From positions 578,227-642,226 of the forward strand of contig ML992501.1 in NCBI GenBank assembly GCA_010093995.1: a DNA stretch of 64,000 nucleotides. Direction: 5' to 3'. The stretch is from Elsinoe ampelina (taxonomy: Eukaryota). Every line of letters begins with the position of its first letter. Position 1 is the first letter of the stretch. This document shows, piece by piece, positions 23,827 to 35,900 of this stretch. The notes beneath the pieces were generated by a model that saw only the letters and a list, made by a program, of their open reading frames with translations, did no database searches and was not told the origin of the DNA. A program made the translations under genes and the position numbers.

Positions 23827-25053
23827 ATGCTATTCTCCAAGCCATTGAAACATCACCTCTTCTTGATCTTTCTTGTAATCCTGGCTTCAGCTCTCTTACC
23901 TTCACTTCTGCCGCGTCTGCGACTTTTCAGCCAGCATCTCGGTTCTCCTACAGCTCTCCTTCGATCTTTCTCAACCCCTCCATCGGCAACCATGGCCTAC
24001 GAGAAGGAGCTTCATATTGCTCTGTTGGCAGTCCAACGAGCGACTATCCTGACAAAGAAAGTCTTCAATTCTCATGCGAAGGGCACATTGTCCAAGTCGG
24101 ACGCATCTCCAGTCACTATCGGTGATTTTGGTGCCCAAGCTTTGATCATCGCCGCAATCCAACACAACTTTCCCGATGACGAAGTGGTTGGCGAGGAAGA
24201 GAGCAAGGATCTCCGCGAGAACAGCGAGTTAAGATCGACTGTATGGGATCTGGTCAAGGAGGTCGCTTTGGACGACTCGGCTGCGGACAATGAGCTAGGA
24301 GGCAAGATCAAGAGTGACTCCTCCATGCTCGACATTATCGACAAGGGCAACAGCAAAGGTGGCGCGAAGGGTAGGATCTGGGCCCTCGATCCTATTGATG
24401 GTACCAAAGGCTTTCTCCGAGGAGGCCAATATGCCGTGTGCCTAGCACTCATGGTAGACGGAGATGTCAAGGTTGGTGTCCTGGGATGCCCCAATCTCCC
24501 AGAGGATGACTCTGCGCCACTCACCGAGAGCATTGGCAAAGACGCGTCAGACGAGGAAGGTAAGGGCGTGCTCTTTGGCGCAGTCCAAGGCGAAGGAGCG
24601 ACGAGTCGACCCATGACCAAAGGCGGACTTGCCAAGGACCAACCGATCAAAATGAGCCAGATTTCCGATCTCAAGAATGCCACGTTCTGCGAGAGCGTAG
24701 AAGCTGCACACTCGAGTCACAGTGATCAGGCTCAGATCGCTGAAAAGCTAGGCATTACAAAAGCCAGTGTGAGAATGGACAGCCAGGCGAAATACGCTAG
24801 CATTGCTAGAGGCGCAGGAGATATCTACCTTCGACTTCCCGTAAGGAAAGACTATCAGGAGAAGATCTGGGATCACGCAGCTGGTGACCTGATCGTGAGA
24901 GAGGCTGGTGGCCAGGTCACCGACGCAGAAGGGAAGAGACTCGATTTCAGTATTGGCCGCACCCTCGCTCAAAATAAGGGGGTTGTTGCTGCGCCAAAGC
25001 AGGTCCACGACGAAGTCCTGAAGGCTGTCATGAGCGTACTCGGTTCCAAATGA
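23827..25053 (+). CDS. MET22: 3'(2'),5'-bisphosphate nucleotidase (PAP phosphatase)
   Basis: SPVTIGDFGAQALI, VGEE, WALDPIDGTKGFLRGGQYAVCLAL, MDSQAKY, EKIWDHAAG. Conserved start 23992; upstream in-frame ATG 23827. Confidence 0.95.
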   Translation: MLFSKPLKHHLFLIFLVILASALLPSLLPRLRLFSQHLGSPTALLRSFSTPPSATMAYEKELHIALLAVQRATILTKKVFNSHAKGTLSKSDASPVTIGDFGAQALIIAAIQHNFPDDEVVGEEESKDLRENSELRSTVWDLVKEVALDDSAADNELGGKIKSDSSMLDIIDKGNSKGGAKGRIWALDPIDGTKGFLRGGQYAVCLALMVDGDVKVGVLGCPNLPEDDSAPLTESIGKDASDEEGKGVLFGAVQGEGATSRPMTKGGLAKDQPIKMSQISDLKNATFCESVEAAHSSHSDQAQIAEKLGITKASVRMDSQAKYASIARGAGDIYLRLPVRKDYQEKIWDHAAGDLIVREAGGQVTDAEGKRLDFSIGRTLAQNKGVVAAPKQVHDEVLKAVMSVLGSK

Positions 25054-25170
25054 GACACGAATGATGAACAATGACTATATAGGTAGGCACACAGACGCCA
25101 CAAAAAGTAAAAAGGCAAATGCCGAGCTTCATTCGATCGTCACCGTCATCTTCGTCGTCGTTGTGTCGTT

Positions 25171-26782
25171 TCACTGATAAGGCTTGTAGTCCATCCACAA
25201 GCCTCGCTCTTCTGGCATCATCCCTCTCGGTAACCCACCAGTTCTACCAGTCACGACCTTTCCTTTCTGCCTTTTCAAGAATTGGCCGTACCCTTTCTCC
25301 CCAACAACAGCCCCATTATCTCTATCCCACACCAATTTCCCCCTCACAATCGTCCATCTCGGCCAGTTTCCTACTTCGATTCCCTCAAATGGTGTGTAGT
25401 CAATATCATGGTGCAGATTCGTCTGCTGGATAACCGTCCGCCCTTTGTCCGCAGGATACCACACCACAAGATCAGCATCATACCCAGGAGCAATACTCCC
25501 TTTCCTCCCCTCCAGTCCATACAACCTCGCCGCGTTCCCAGCAGTCAACTGCACAAACCTCGGCAACGACAACCTCGCCTCCGCCACCCCCCTACACGCC
25601 TCCGTCTGCCCAAACAACAACGCCATCCTCGTCTCAATCCCCGGCAACCCATTCGGGATCTTACTAAACCGCGGCACCCCATCCACCAACCCCACCTTCT
25701 TCCCCTCAGGATGATCATACTTGCTCGGCGCATGATCACTACTAAACACGGTAAACGTCCCATTCGCGATGCCCCTCCACAACGCATCCAGATCCTCCAC
25801 CCTATGCCTCAACGGCGGGGAACACACATGTTTCGCCCCGGAGAAATGGTCATGCGCGCCCGCCTTCAACGCATCGGACAACAGAAACAGATACTGCGGA
25901 CACGTCTCGGCGTGCACCGGAAGCATTCGCGTCTGGGCATCCCGCACATGCCCCATGGCCACTTCCGACGACATATGCACTATCAATATCGGGGCGTCGA
26001 CGAGTTCCGCGAGCGAGATGGCACGGTACGCCGCCTCGTCCTCGGCGACGCGCGGGCGCGCGATGGCGTGGTAGTACGGCTCCGTGTGGCCTCTCTCCTC
26101 GAGGCCGCGGATGATGAGGGAGATCATGTCGTGGTTCTCGGCGTGGATCATGGTCGTCATGCCGAGCGAGCGACACGCCATGAGCACGTCCAGCACTTGT
26201 TTGTCGTCGAGCTTGAGCGCGTCGTACGTGAGGTAGAGTTTCGTCGACGTGATCCCCTCCTGGCGGGCCATGAGGGGGAGTTCATCGCGGAGGATCTCCG
26301 GTGTGGGGTTGGACAGGATGAAGTGGAAGCCGTAGTCGGTGTAGGATTGGGCCGTGGCTTTGGAGTGGTAGTCTTTCAGGACGGGCCAGAGGGAGGTGTC
26401 GGTGCGGCTTTGCGGGGCGAAGGCGATGATCGTGGTTGTCCCGCCTGCGATGGCGGAGCGGGATCCGGTCTCCCAGCCGTCGGCGGTGGGGATTTGAGCG
26501 AGGTGGACGTGGCTGTCGATGCCGCCTGGGGTGATGTAGGCGCCTTCGCAGTCGAGGATTCGGGTGGTGGAGGTGGTGGGGAGGGAGTGCCCGATGCAGC
26601 TGATTTTGCCGGATTTGATGCCGATTTCGAGGCCGGGGGCAAGGACCTCGGAGGCGGTCACCTAGAGGATAATTAGAAGATGTTTATTGTGTGATTTAAA
26701 GCGTAGAGAGACATTGCAGACAGTCACTGAAGGGATGGCCACTTACGATTATGCCATTCTTCACCACCAGGTCAAAGTCCAT
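25171..26782 (-). CDS. D-hydantoinase / dihydropyrimidinase (cyclic amidohydrolase)
   Basis: Exon 1 MDFDLVVKNGII, intron 26746-26662. Metal ligands GGIDSHVH, KLYLTY (carbamylated Lys), MIHAEN, VHMS, SSDHAP; PNGLPGIETRM; GSIAPGYDADLVVW. Confidence 0.92.
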
Positions 26783-27231
26783 GCTGAGCTTCAGGAGAGT
26801 GCAATTTGGAGGATGCAGCTCTTTTGAGATTTGTCTGAACGACTTCGATGAAGGCTTATGGTCAGAGTGCAATCGACCATAGCTATCACGATAGCGGGTA
26901 TAGTCGGTGTTGGTAGAGAAGTGAACGACGTCAAGTGCGGGGCATTGTTGATACGATGGAGGGGTAATCAGGCCGATAGCAACTTGCCTATCTATGATTG
27001 CCCGCATGAGTGAACTCGTTCAGAACCTCTTGAGTGCGTTGCATATCAACCTTTGTCAACTTCCTCTAGTACACTTGATGAACTGACCGCTTGTCTGCTC
27101 ACCCAAATCTACCACTCCACAACCAGCTACAACAGTAACATCCCTCGAGCCCAACTTCTTCAACACCCACGACTGCCCAGAAACACCTCTCTCGCCACCA
27201 TCTCATACCCGTCCCAACCTCCCCAAGCACC

Positions 27232-28332
27232 ATGTCCCGCCCCCTCCGCATCGCCGCCGCCCAAATCGGCGCCATCGACGCCACCACCCCACGCCCAGCC
27301 GTCCTCTCCCGCCTCCTCGCCCTCCTCTCCTCGGCCGCAGCCCAATCCATCCGCCTCGTCATCTTCCCCGAAATCGCCCTCACGACCTTCTTCCCCCGGT
27401 ACCTCCTCACCCCCACCGAACTCGACACCTACTTCGAGACCTCCGACCCCTTGACCTCCCCCAACACCGCCCCAATCTTCCGCTCCGCCCACGACAAGAA
27501 CATCGACGTTGTCCTCGGGTACGCCGAGCGGGACGAACAAGGCCGGGGGTGGAATACGTGCGTGTATTACAGCGCGAGCCAGGACAAGGTGCTGAGCAAG
27601 TACCGCAAGGTCCACCTCCCTGGCACCGTGGAGCCGTTCGAAGACCCCGACGCCATCAACCAGCTCGAGAAGCGGTACTTCACGCCCGGCGATCTGGGGT
27701 TTCGCGCGTTCCGCGCGCCGGGGCTGGTTGAGGGGGCGGTGAAGAAGGGGGATTTGCAGAAGGCGTTGATGGAGGGGAGGGAGTTGCAGACCGAAGGCAG
27801 GGGGGATGCGATTTTGGGAATGTTGATTTGTAATGATCGCAGGTGGCCCGAGGCGTGGCGGGTGTTGACGTTGCAGGGGGCCGAGGTGGTGGTGTTTGGG
27901 TATAATACTGGCGCGAATATGGGGCACTTATGGGGGAGTAAGCCAATGCCGAAGGAGGAGGCGGAGAGGGAGGCTTTATTTCATTCGAGATTGGTGCAGC
28001 AGGCGAATAGTTATCAAAATGCTTGTTGGAGTGTGAGTGCTGCGAGGTGTGGGATGGACGACGGGAAGTATGAGTTGATTGCTGGGAGTGCTATTGTGAG
28101 TCCCGAGGGGCATGTTGTGGCGGAGGCAAAGACGAAAGGGGACGAGTTGGTTGTGGCGGAGATTGATCTTGCAGACTGCCGGCAGGGAAAGGAGAAGGTG
28201 AAAAGAATGCTTGATTGGGGGTATCTATGCTGACGTGGAAAACAGACGTTCGATTATAAGCGCCACAGAAGGATCGAGCATTATGGCTTAATTGCGAGCC
28301 AGACTGGAGTCGTTGAGCCAGAGTTGCTCTGA
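27232..28332 (+). CDS. N-carbamoyl-D-amino acid amidohydrolase (D-carbamoylase, nitrilase superfamily)
   Basis: Triad FPEIALTTFFPR / YRKVHLPG / ICNDRRWPEAWRV; QLEKRYFTPGDLGF; intron 28198-28245; end FDYKRHRRIEHYGLIA. These match the Agrobacterium DCase motifs as I recall them. Confidence 0.9.
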
Positions 28333-28338
28333 GGGTGC

Positions 28339-31040
28339 TCACTCATTGAACTTGTGGAGGTATTGAAGTCGTCGATTGATATGCCTCGGTCCATGCTTGC
28401 CGTGAAGCAACTCTATCTTCACGGCGTCCCCAGATTGGAGGTCCTCGTCGTCCTGCTCCGTGAAAATACCGCTAGTGGTTCTTGGAATACCTTTTCCTTT
28501 GCTGATGCGGTTCAGAGCAGCGTCGAATAGCTGGGGCCGCATGGAACAGGCATGCATTGCTGTATCGATGTCGGCGCCCCTGAAACCGGCCCGCTTCTTC
28601 GACTCAATGTAATCCGTGAAGTCTTCGCCATCGCTAGCAATGGGAGTAATGGACCTCACGTCATCTCGGAAATTTGAAGTCCTTCTCCTCGAGTCTCTCC
28701 TATCGGCGACAGATGACTCTCGAATAGGATCATCCAAATCGGGCAGATCAAAGTCCAGATTGTTGTCCAGATTATCGAAAATGGCCTGAGTCTCCACTGC
28801 TGCTGGTCTCGCCTGGACTCCGTGGCGCTGCGAGTCCTCTACCGATGGTAAAGGATGGTCGGACGACAGGGATGAAAGAGGTTCAGGCCATCCGCCCTCC
28901 GGGTCTGGCAGATCGAGCTTGATAAGTGTGCGATCTCCGTCATTATCGTCCTGACTTCCGTCTACTCCTGGAGGGTCTGAGGAAGCAAGAGGAGGTGGCG
29001 AAGAGGTCATCTTCGCTTCAGGTGGGCGTATTTCCAGTGGCGGGAATGCCATTTGATGAGCCATCGAGCCTAGTTGTGCAAACGCATTTCGTGACCCGCT
29101 TGTGCGCTTCGCTGGGACGAAGGGCTTCCGAGGACTTTCTGCAGTTCGCGGAATGGCCTTTGGGTGGTCGTTCATCTGAGGTTTCGATATTTCAACGTCA
29201 GAGTCATCTGGAGGGAGCTGAGCGGTCTGCTTGCGTCTGGTTTGTGGTGGCGAAGAGCCGAGACTTTGCGAAGGCTGACTGGGAAGTTTCGGGCCCTCTT
29301 CTTCCTCTTCTTCGCTCTCACCTTCAACCGATTCGGGGATCTCGACGACCACGTTCTTTCTTGGAGTTGGACGATAGATTGTCGTGGATTTCTTCGTAGA
29401 TCGAAGTGGAGATTGGGCGGCAACTCTTGGTTTGTCTGCAGCTGGCGCTGTGGCGGTCTTTGATTGTCTTTCATCGATAGCGTGCTTCATGATATTTTGC
29501 AAATATCCCGCGAACTGTTCCTGATCATCATCGTCGTCATCTTGAATGAGGTCTCTGGCACGATTCGTTCTTACCGCTCGATGCTGAGCTTGCATTTGTG
29601 ATAGATTCTCTTCAGTGAGCTGGGACACGGCTGGCTCAGGTGTGACCTGTTCAGGAGTCGGGTCTGCTTCTGGCAGACTTGGTGAAGCTTCTTGGTAGCT
29701 GGTATCTCGAGCTTCGTCATCAAGAAGTAAATCTTCCGGATCAATTCGTGGACGTTTGGCTGCACTTCCAAGATCTTCGTGCGAGGGTCGCTTCTTTGAC
29801 TCGTCCGGTACCCGTGTCTCTCTGTATGTCGAGGCTGGTACAAAATCAGAAGGTAGCGTCCTCTTCGGAGTTGTTCTCGTAGCAACTGTGGCTCCTATTC
29901 GCTTAGGCGGCGAAGATGGTAGTTCTTGCGATTTCGGGGGCTTTGGTGTTACCACCTTCGGCTTTGTCTCTCGAGGTCTCTGAGGTGACGCAGATGGCCT
30001 CTCGGTCCCGACCGATCGTCGAAGTGCTGAACCCACAGCTCCGTCGAATTGTGGAATTGATCCAGTATCATCTTCCACACGCACTCGAGATCTCATGGCC
30101 TGCTCCCTCGCAGCTTTCCGTCTTTTCCACTCAGGTCTCGCATGCTTGATGTAGAACTCCGCCCACTCCTCTGCCGTATGATGATTGTGATGTGCAGCGT
30201 ACTTTTGCCATGCATCTTCGAGGTCGCCGAACAGGATATTCTCGATATGTGTGGCCTCATCTATAAGCAATTCCAGGTCGCCCTCGGAGAAGCCGTGCGG
30301 CAAACCATTCGCCGTCACAGCCTGTCCTCGTTGCTCAAGTGAACGAAGGCCGCTTTGAGCAGGCATGGCCGTGCTCGCAGGTCTTGACGCGACTCTTGAA
30401 TCTTCAACTCGTGTAGTTTGTGGCACTGGCTGTGTCTTTGGGGCTGGTGGAGGCGCATGGTCCGAAGGCGGTGTAAGAGGGCCGGCTTGAGTGGCTCCCA
30501 AGGGTGGTCGGAGTGACACAATCTTCAGATATCGGTCACGCCATGACTGGTATGTGTGACGCGGGTTCTAATATTGTCAGTCGATCCCCGCCTTATCTCT
30601 GACAGACTCACTCTTCTCTCGAGCTCTTTGTAGATCTCATTCCCTTTCAACGCGGCTCCCTGAGCTTCGGCATGCTTGACCCAATTCCATAGCTCCAGGT
30701 CATCTGCCGTGCTAAAAGGTGTACGAGTACCCTTGGTCGGCGCTGAGAGGCCTCCAAGTGGTCGTGAGGAGGGAGGGGCGGTGGAAGTCGGAGGACCGAT
30801 CCTGTGCTTTTCTAGCTCAGGCAGCGCGCCAGATCTGATAGCGTCGTCAACGAAGTCGTATGACAGTGAGCCGTATGGCGCATCTTTGCGCACATGGTCC
30901 GCAATCACATAATCCGCTTGCTGCTCGACCCTCACAACGCGCCCGCCGTGGTGCTCGATCTTCTCGATATATGAGCTTCGGAACGGTACGCGCTGTAAGA
31001 CGAAGAAGGCTTTATCTGAGAAGAGTTGAACGCCAGGCAT
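28339..31040 (-). CDS. RAP1: telomere-associated protein Rap1 (BRCT, Myb and RCT domains)
   Basis: BRCT (IEHHGGRVVRVEQQADYVIADH), Myb (RTPFSTADDLELWNWV...GNEIYKELE.RNPRHTYQSWRDRYLK across intron 30611-30568), RCT (GIFTEQDDEDLQSGD...KHGPRHINRRLQYL). Confidence 0.9.
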
Positions 31041-31765
31041 CCTGCTAGCCCCGCAGCGGAGGGGTTGAGTAAATGCGATCGGAGGTTGTACGACCGCGAC
31101 GGGTGAGGTTGACGCGACTTCCCCGCGTGAAGCTCAAAATCACGTGAACAAATTAGCATACAGTAATTAGCAACCGCTGAATGAATCAATATGATTGAAC
31201 CGAGCAAAACAATTTATAACACAAGCAGTCTATGGGTATCATGCTCAAGTATCAACCTTCCTGACTTCCTAGTAGGATTCCATGAACACGCTGATGAACG
31301 CCGCCACCCAGCACCAAAGCCATGCCCATACTACCACAATCGTTGTGGTAGTCTCCCGAAAACGCCAGAGGACACCCATACCGGTCTCAAGCGACCCGGC
31401 CAAGAACCACTAAGCACGTTGGCAATCTGGTGGTGACATCAAAGAAAAAGGTCGTTGCGGTCGTCAATGGTCGACAACATCGACATCCGCCGTGCCAGTC
31501 TCGCGGCCGCCCGTGACGGCGGACATGGCGTGTGGTATTTATAATATATTTCGTAAGGATCCGGCGACCGTAAATGCCTCTTCGACCGTGCAGACGTGTC
31601 CAGCGTGGTAGGTACTGGCGAACACATACTACCAGGTTCTGGACTATCACAAAAGGGATCGTCGTATATAGAATCAAAGCCATTATCGAACCGTGGCTGA
31701 CATGGATCGATGGGTTGTAAAGATCGGAGAAATTCTCTCATCTCTGCTACTGCCGCTCTGGTTTT

Positions 31766-34006
31766 CTACGCCACAGCAAGCGGGTGGAAAAAGCTTCCGA
31801 CTCCTACACTGAATGCTCGGGCAGCAGCTTCTATCTGCTGCTCTGTCTCCTCAGTGTCGGGAAGCTGAGGGAGGGAATCGATAGGGATGTCAGCTGACAG
31901 TGGAGATGAAGACGGGAAGGTGAGTAAATCTGCAGGTGGCGAGTCGAGAGGTGTGAATGATACAGTCGCAGGCGTGTAGGATGTCAACGCAGGAGGAGTG
32001 AATACGGCTTTACTAGGTGCCACGCCAGATGGTGTAAAGGACTTTCGAGACGGAGGAGTTGAGGGCATATCAGCGGCCGCAGTGCCGGCTCTGTTTGCGA
32101 CCTGTGGCGGGAACAGCGCTTCTGTAGGAGGCGTAGTAGTAGGAGTAGTAGAGCTGAAGCCACTGAGCGAAGAGGACTGAGACCTTGGAGCAGACCCAGC
32201 AGGTGTGGAAGACGTTTGTTTGCTGATGATAGGCGACGTCGCAGGAGCAGTGTAAAGGGTGCCTTCTTGAGGGGTGTCTCTAGGGGTGAATGATATGCTA
32301 CCCGAGGTCAGAGGTGTTGCTGCTGGGGCATTGAATGCAAGAGTGGGCGGAGAGATAGTAGGTGTGATTGTTGCAGCCGAGTTCGAGAAGAGGTATTCAG
32401 GAGGGGCGTCTGTAGGTGAGGTAGAATCGTCAACAATGAATTCGTGCTGCGGTGATTCTAGTAGCGTGCTGGTTGACGACAGGCGCTGCATTTCTTTGAG
32501 TCGAGAACCTTTTGTTGGCTTGTATTTCTCGGCTTCGCTGCGCTTTCTTTGCAGAGATTCAATGTGCTGCTCAGGTCCTTGAGGACTTGACACATTGTCG
32601 TTGGAGACTTCGGCAAAGCCAAAGTTGGCTTGTTTATGAGACGCTGATGCATCCATAGGACTGCCTTGATAATGTTGTGGACCGTCCAGATCTATTGGAC
32701 TACCAGCTGCCTGCGGTGTCGTCTTTTTGACACTCTGCATTCTGGCTGAGTCTGGTGTGGTGAATGCGTCGTTGAAGTGATGTGACGTGGCTGCGTTGTT
32801 GGGTGTAGTAGGTAGTTCTTCATCGCTATCGTCTTCCGGGACGGCAAACTGTACTCGTGCCGGGGTCGGGATCTTATCCGCGAGAGCCGATGGCGTACTG
32901 AGGAACGAGCTCTTTTCTGGACTCCTATGTCTGCTCCGTTTGGTAGGGCTGATGGATCGGTCTCTCTTCTTAGGACTCCTGCTTTGGGAGACTTGCTTCT
33001 GAGGGCTTGTGAGGTCGAAGACATTATTCTCAGTCCTGGTCCTCTTGGATGGTCGTTCTGATAAGAGTTCAAGCTGGCTTTCATCGACTTCGACTGAATC
33101 TTCGTCTTCAACGAAAAATTCGTCAAGAAGCGCGAAAGTGCCTGTGGACTGGCCCGGACGACGGCTCGGAATGTGCTTGAGGTCGTCAATCTTCACCCGC
33201 TTCCTTTTCTTGCCTGTAGAGGCTTCAGCACCCGGGCCCATGGTTGACTCCATAGTTGCCGCAGGTGGGTGTGATACTGGGTGAGTGGGTGAAGTTTGTC
33301 GGTGAGTTCTGGCGGAATGGCTCGCGGTTGACTCCACGACTGCCGGGGTGAGGGGTTTAGAAGGTGAAGATGATGTGAGAGGTGCGGATGTGAATTTGGT
33401 GGGGCTTGCGGTTGACTCCGCAATTGCCTCTCTTTGCTCTCGAACAATTTTTGCTGTGCGTCGAGCAGAATACTTGACCCTCTTTGGGGTGCTGGTATTG
33501 TCATCGGAAGACCGTCGCTTCCGGCTCATGATCGGGGGTTCGGGTGTAGATGCGGGCGGAGGAAGGGAAGGTGCGGGACGCGACTCCACGCGTTTCGGTG
33601 ACTCCTCTGTGATGGGAGCCAGCTCCCTCCTGCTAGGAGGGAACGGCGACAGAATCCGCCGCACGTTCGTGAAGAAGGAGCCGAAGCCCCACGGGCGAGG
33701 AGTGGCGGAGGGAGGTGGGGAAGAGTCGTGAGGAGGGGTGGTGGGAGGGGGCGAAGGGGCGGAGGGAAGGGAGGGAGTTGGTTTGGCAGTCTCCTCCTGC
33801 CTTGCTCGATCCATTGCTCGCAGCTCAGCTGCGGGCAGTTCGATGGTCATAAGTCGCCGAAGCGACCTCTTTCTTGGTAGAGCAGGTGCCCTTTCTGTCT
33901 CCGAGGTTGAAGACGCGCTGCTTGCTGACATCTTCCTCTTGCGAGGAAGGGGAGAGTCTGCGGAGCGGGAAGCTCCACGCACACCACTGCGTGTTGTTGG
34001 TGCCAT
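31766..34006 (-). CDS. hypothetical Ser/Pro/Thr-rich, probably disordered nuclear protein
   Basis: Intronless ~746-aa ORF from ATG 34006 (MAPTTRSG); basic NLS-like clusters (RKRK, KKRKRVK). Confidence 0.75.
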   Translation of the reverse strand: MAPTTRSGVRGASRSADSPLPRKRKMSASSASSTSETERAPALPRKRSLRRLMTIELPAAELRAMDRARQEETAKPTPSLPSAPSPPPTTPPHDSSPPPSATPRPWGFGSFFTNVRRILSPFPPSRRELAPITEESPKRVESRPAPSLPPPASTPEPPIMSRKRRSSDDNTSTPKRVKYSARRTAKIVREQREAIAESTASPTKFTSAPLTSSSPSKPLTPAVVESTASHSARTHRQTSPTHPVSHPPAATMESTMGPGAEASTGKKRKRVKIDDLKHIPSRRPGQSTGTFALLDEFFVEDEDSVEVDESQLELLSERPSKRTRTENNVFDLTSPQKQVSQSRSPKKRDRSISPTKRSRHRSPEKSSFLSTPSALADKIPTPARVQFAVPEDDSDEELPTTPNNAATSHHFNDAFTTPDSARMQSVKKTTPQAAGSPIDLDGPQHYQGSPMDASASHKQANFGFAEVSNDNVSSPQGPEQHIESLQRKRSEAEKYKPTKGSRLKEMQRLSSTSTLLESPQHEFIVDDSTSPTDAPPEYLFSNSAATITPTISPPTLAFNAPAATPLTSGSISFTPRDTPQEGTLYTAPATSPIISKQTSSTPAGSAPRSQSSSLSGFSSTTPTTTPPTEALFPPQVANRAGTAAADMPSTPPSRKSFTPSGVAPSKAVFTPPALTSYTPATVSFTPLDSPPADLLTFPSSSPLSADIPIDSLPQLPDTEETEQQIEAAARAFSVGVGSFFHPLAVA

Positions 34007-34511
34007 TCTGATTGATATGGATTTCAAAACGACAAATTGCTTGCGGTATGTTATGTGGAATTGATATAGTGCGGTTCGCGTGACGCTTTTTGGAGCGTAC
34101 AAAAAGTTGAGCACAGACTCTCTTGGCAAAGTCGGCGGCTACAGCTCTCGGTCCGCGCCGAGCCTGGTGCATCCACGTTGTCGGGTCACTTCCATTCAGG
34201 ATGCATCTGTGGTAGTGTCTTGATCATTCGTGGGAATAGCACTGGTAGTATTTCCTTGGTAACCTCCTTGCTGATTCAGTATTTACGAGGGATGCATCAT
34301 GTATATCTTGGAAGTTTGGAAGTACATGAGACTTTACAACCAGAATTTAGCAGTGGTCAAATGGCCACAGCTATTAATCGATGCAACAATGTCGACAGCA
34401 CTTTGTCATTCAACTACCAAATGGCGATGCGCTGCCACCTTCATGACCTTCCCTAACGCCAGTACGAAAGCCAAATTACGGTATCCCTCCAGCAATGTCG
34501 CAGCAGACGGC

Positions 34512-35900
34512 TTAGTCATACTGGAATAGTACACTAATGCTCTCACCATGATGCACTCGCCGAATAGCCTGGTTCGTGTTAGTCTTGACGCTTGCTTCAT
34601 GCCCAAGAATACATTATACCTCTGCAAAAACATTTCCGACCTCCAGCACTTCCAACTTGTGACACTTTCGAACATGATCCTCCTGTACTACAGTGTTCGT
34701 CACGACAAGCTTGTCGACAGCGCTTGCATCGACTCTCTCGATAGCATCACCGCTCAGCACGCCATGCGTAACCAACGCGATGACCTTGGTCGCCCCCTCC
34801 TTCTTCAGTAGCTTAGCTGCCCTTGTGATGGTGTTACAGGTGTCCGCAAGATCGTCAATAAGGATAGCCACCCGGTCCTTGACGTCACCCACCAGCAACA
34901 TTGTCGCATTCTGACGATCTGTGATACGAGTGGGTCGTCGCTCCTTGTGAATCAAAGCAAACGGCATGCCCAATGCATCAGCGATAGCAGTCGCACGTTT
35001 GGCACCACCGGCATCTGGGGAGACCGTCACAGCTTGTTGGTAGTTGGGGATATTGTACTGAATATACTTCTGCAAAAGGTGGCGTCCGTATAGATTGTCG
35101 ACAGGGATGTCGAAGAAGCCTTGGTACTGTGGATCATGCAAGTCCATGGTAATGATGTGATCTGCCCCAGCTGCCGTCAGAAGATCTGCGACAAGCGTAC
35201 CTGCTTGCGCTACCCATTGCTTGTAGCCACGCTGCGGCTCAAAGTGGGGGGGCTTGCCAATTGAGAGCCTAGTGTGTGGATCTTCGGTATTAATGCTATG
35301 GTTGTGGTGATGCCCGTGAGCAGGAGTCTGTGGGACTGCGTTGTCGTTGAAGTAGTCTTGATTAGATTCAATGGTCGATCTGCGGCTCAGACTATGATCG
35401 CCATTGTCTTTGGTTCCATTGGTCTGTTCCTTTAGCTGAAGACTGTGAAGCTTCTTGTGAAGACCGTCAGGACCTCTCACACCAGCGCTTTCCGGCCCTC
35501 CTGGGTATGGCGTCTGAGGTCTACTGTCGAATGTGTAGCCACTCTTTGTGTTGATGGTGGGAGCCTTGGACAGCGGGGCCCCAGTCTTGTTGTAAGGAAT
35601 GTCACTTTGCCGCGAGTACGGGAAAAGAGGTAAGACCGCCGTAACCCGTTTCGCAGATGCGGTCTTGCATGCCGAGATGGTGATGAGAAGTTCCATCAAG
35701 TGATCATTGACCTTGCCACCTCCAGACTGAATGATGAACACATCTTTCTCGCGAACAGACTCGATGATTTCGACGCGAGTCTCCCCCACAGCAAATTTTC
35801 CAAGCAGAATCTTCGCGGGCGGAATGCCCAAGTGGTTGCAGATGATCTCAGTCAATTGTGGATGGGAGCTGAGCCCGAGAACGACGATATTGCGAACCAT
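34512..35900 (-). CDS. PRS5: ribose-phosphate pyrophosphokinase (Prs5-type, with internal insertion)
   Basis: MVRNIVVLG...FPYSRQSD [~130-aa insertion] LVADLL...TMDLH, VSPDAGGAKRA, ILIDDLADTCNT; intron 34619-34569; end AIRRVHHGESISVLFQYD*. Confidence 0.9.

Noticed and set aside
25282..26676. 464-aa + strand ORF
   Set aside because: Antisense shadow of the hydantoinase caused by extreme codon bias; no recognisable motifs.
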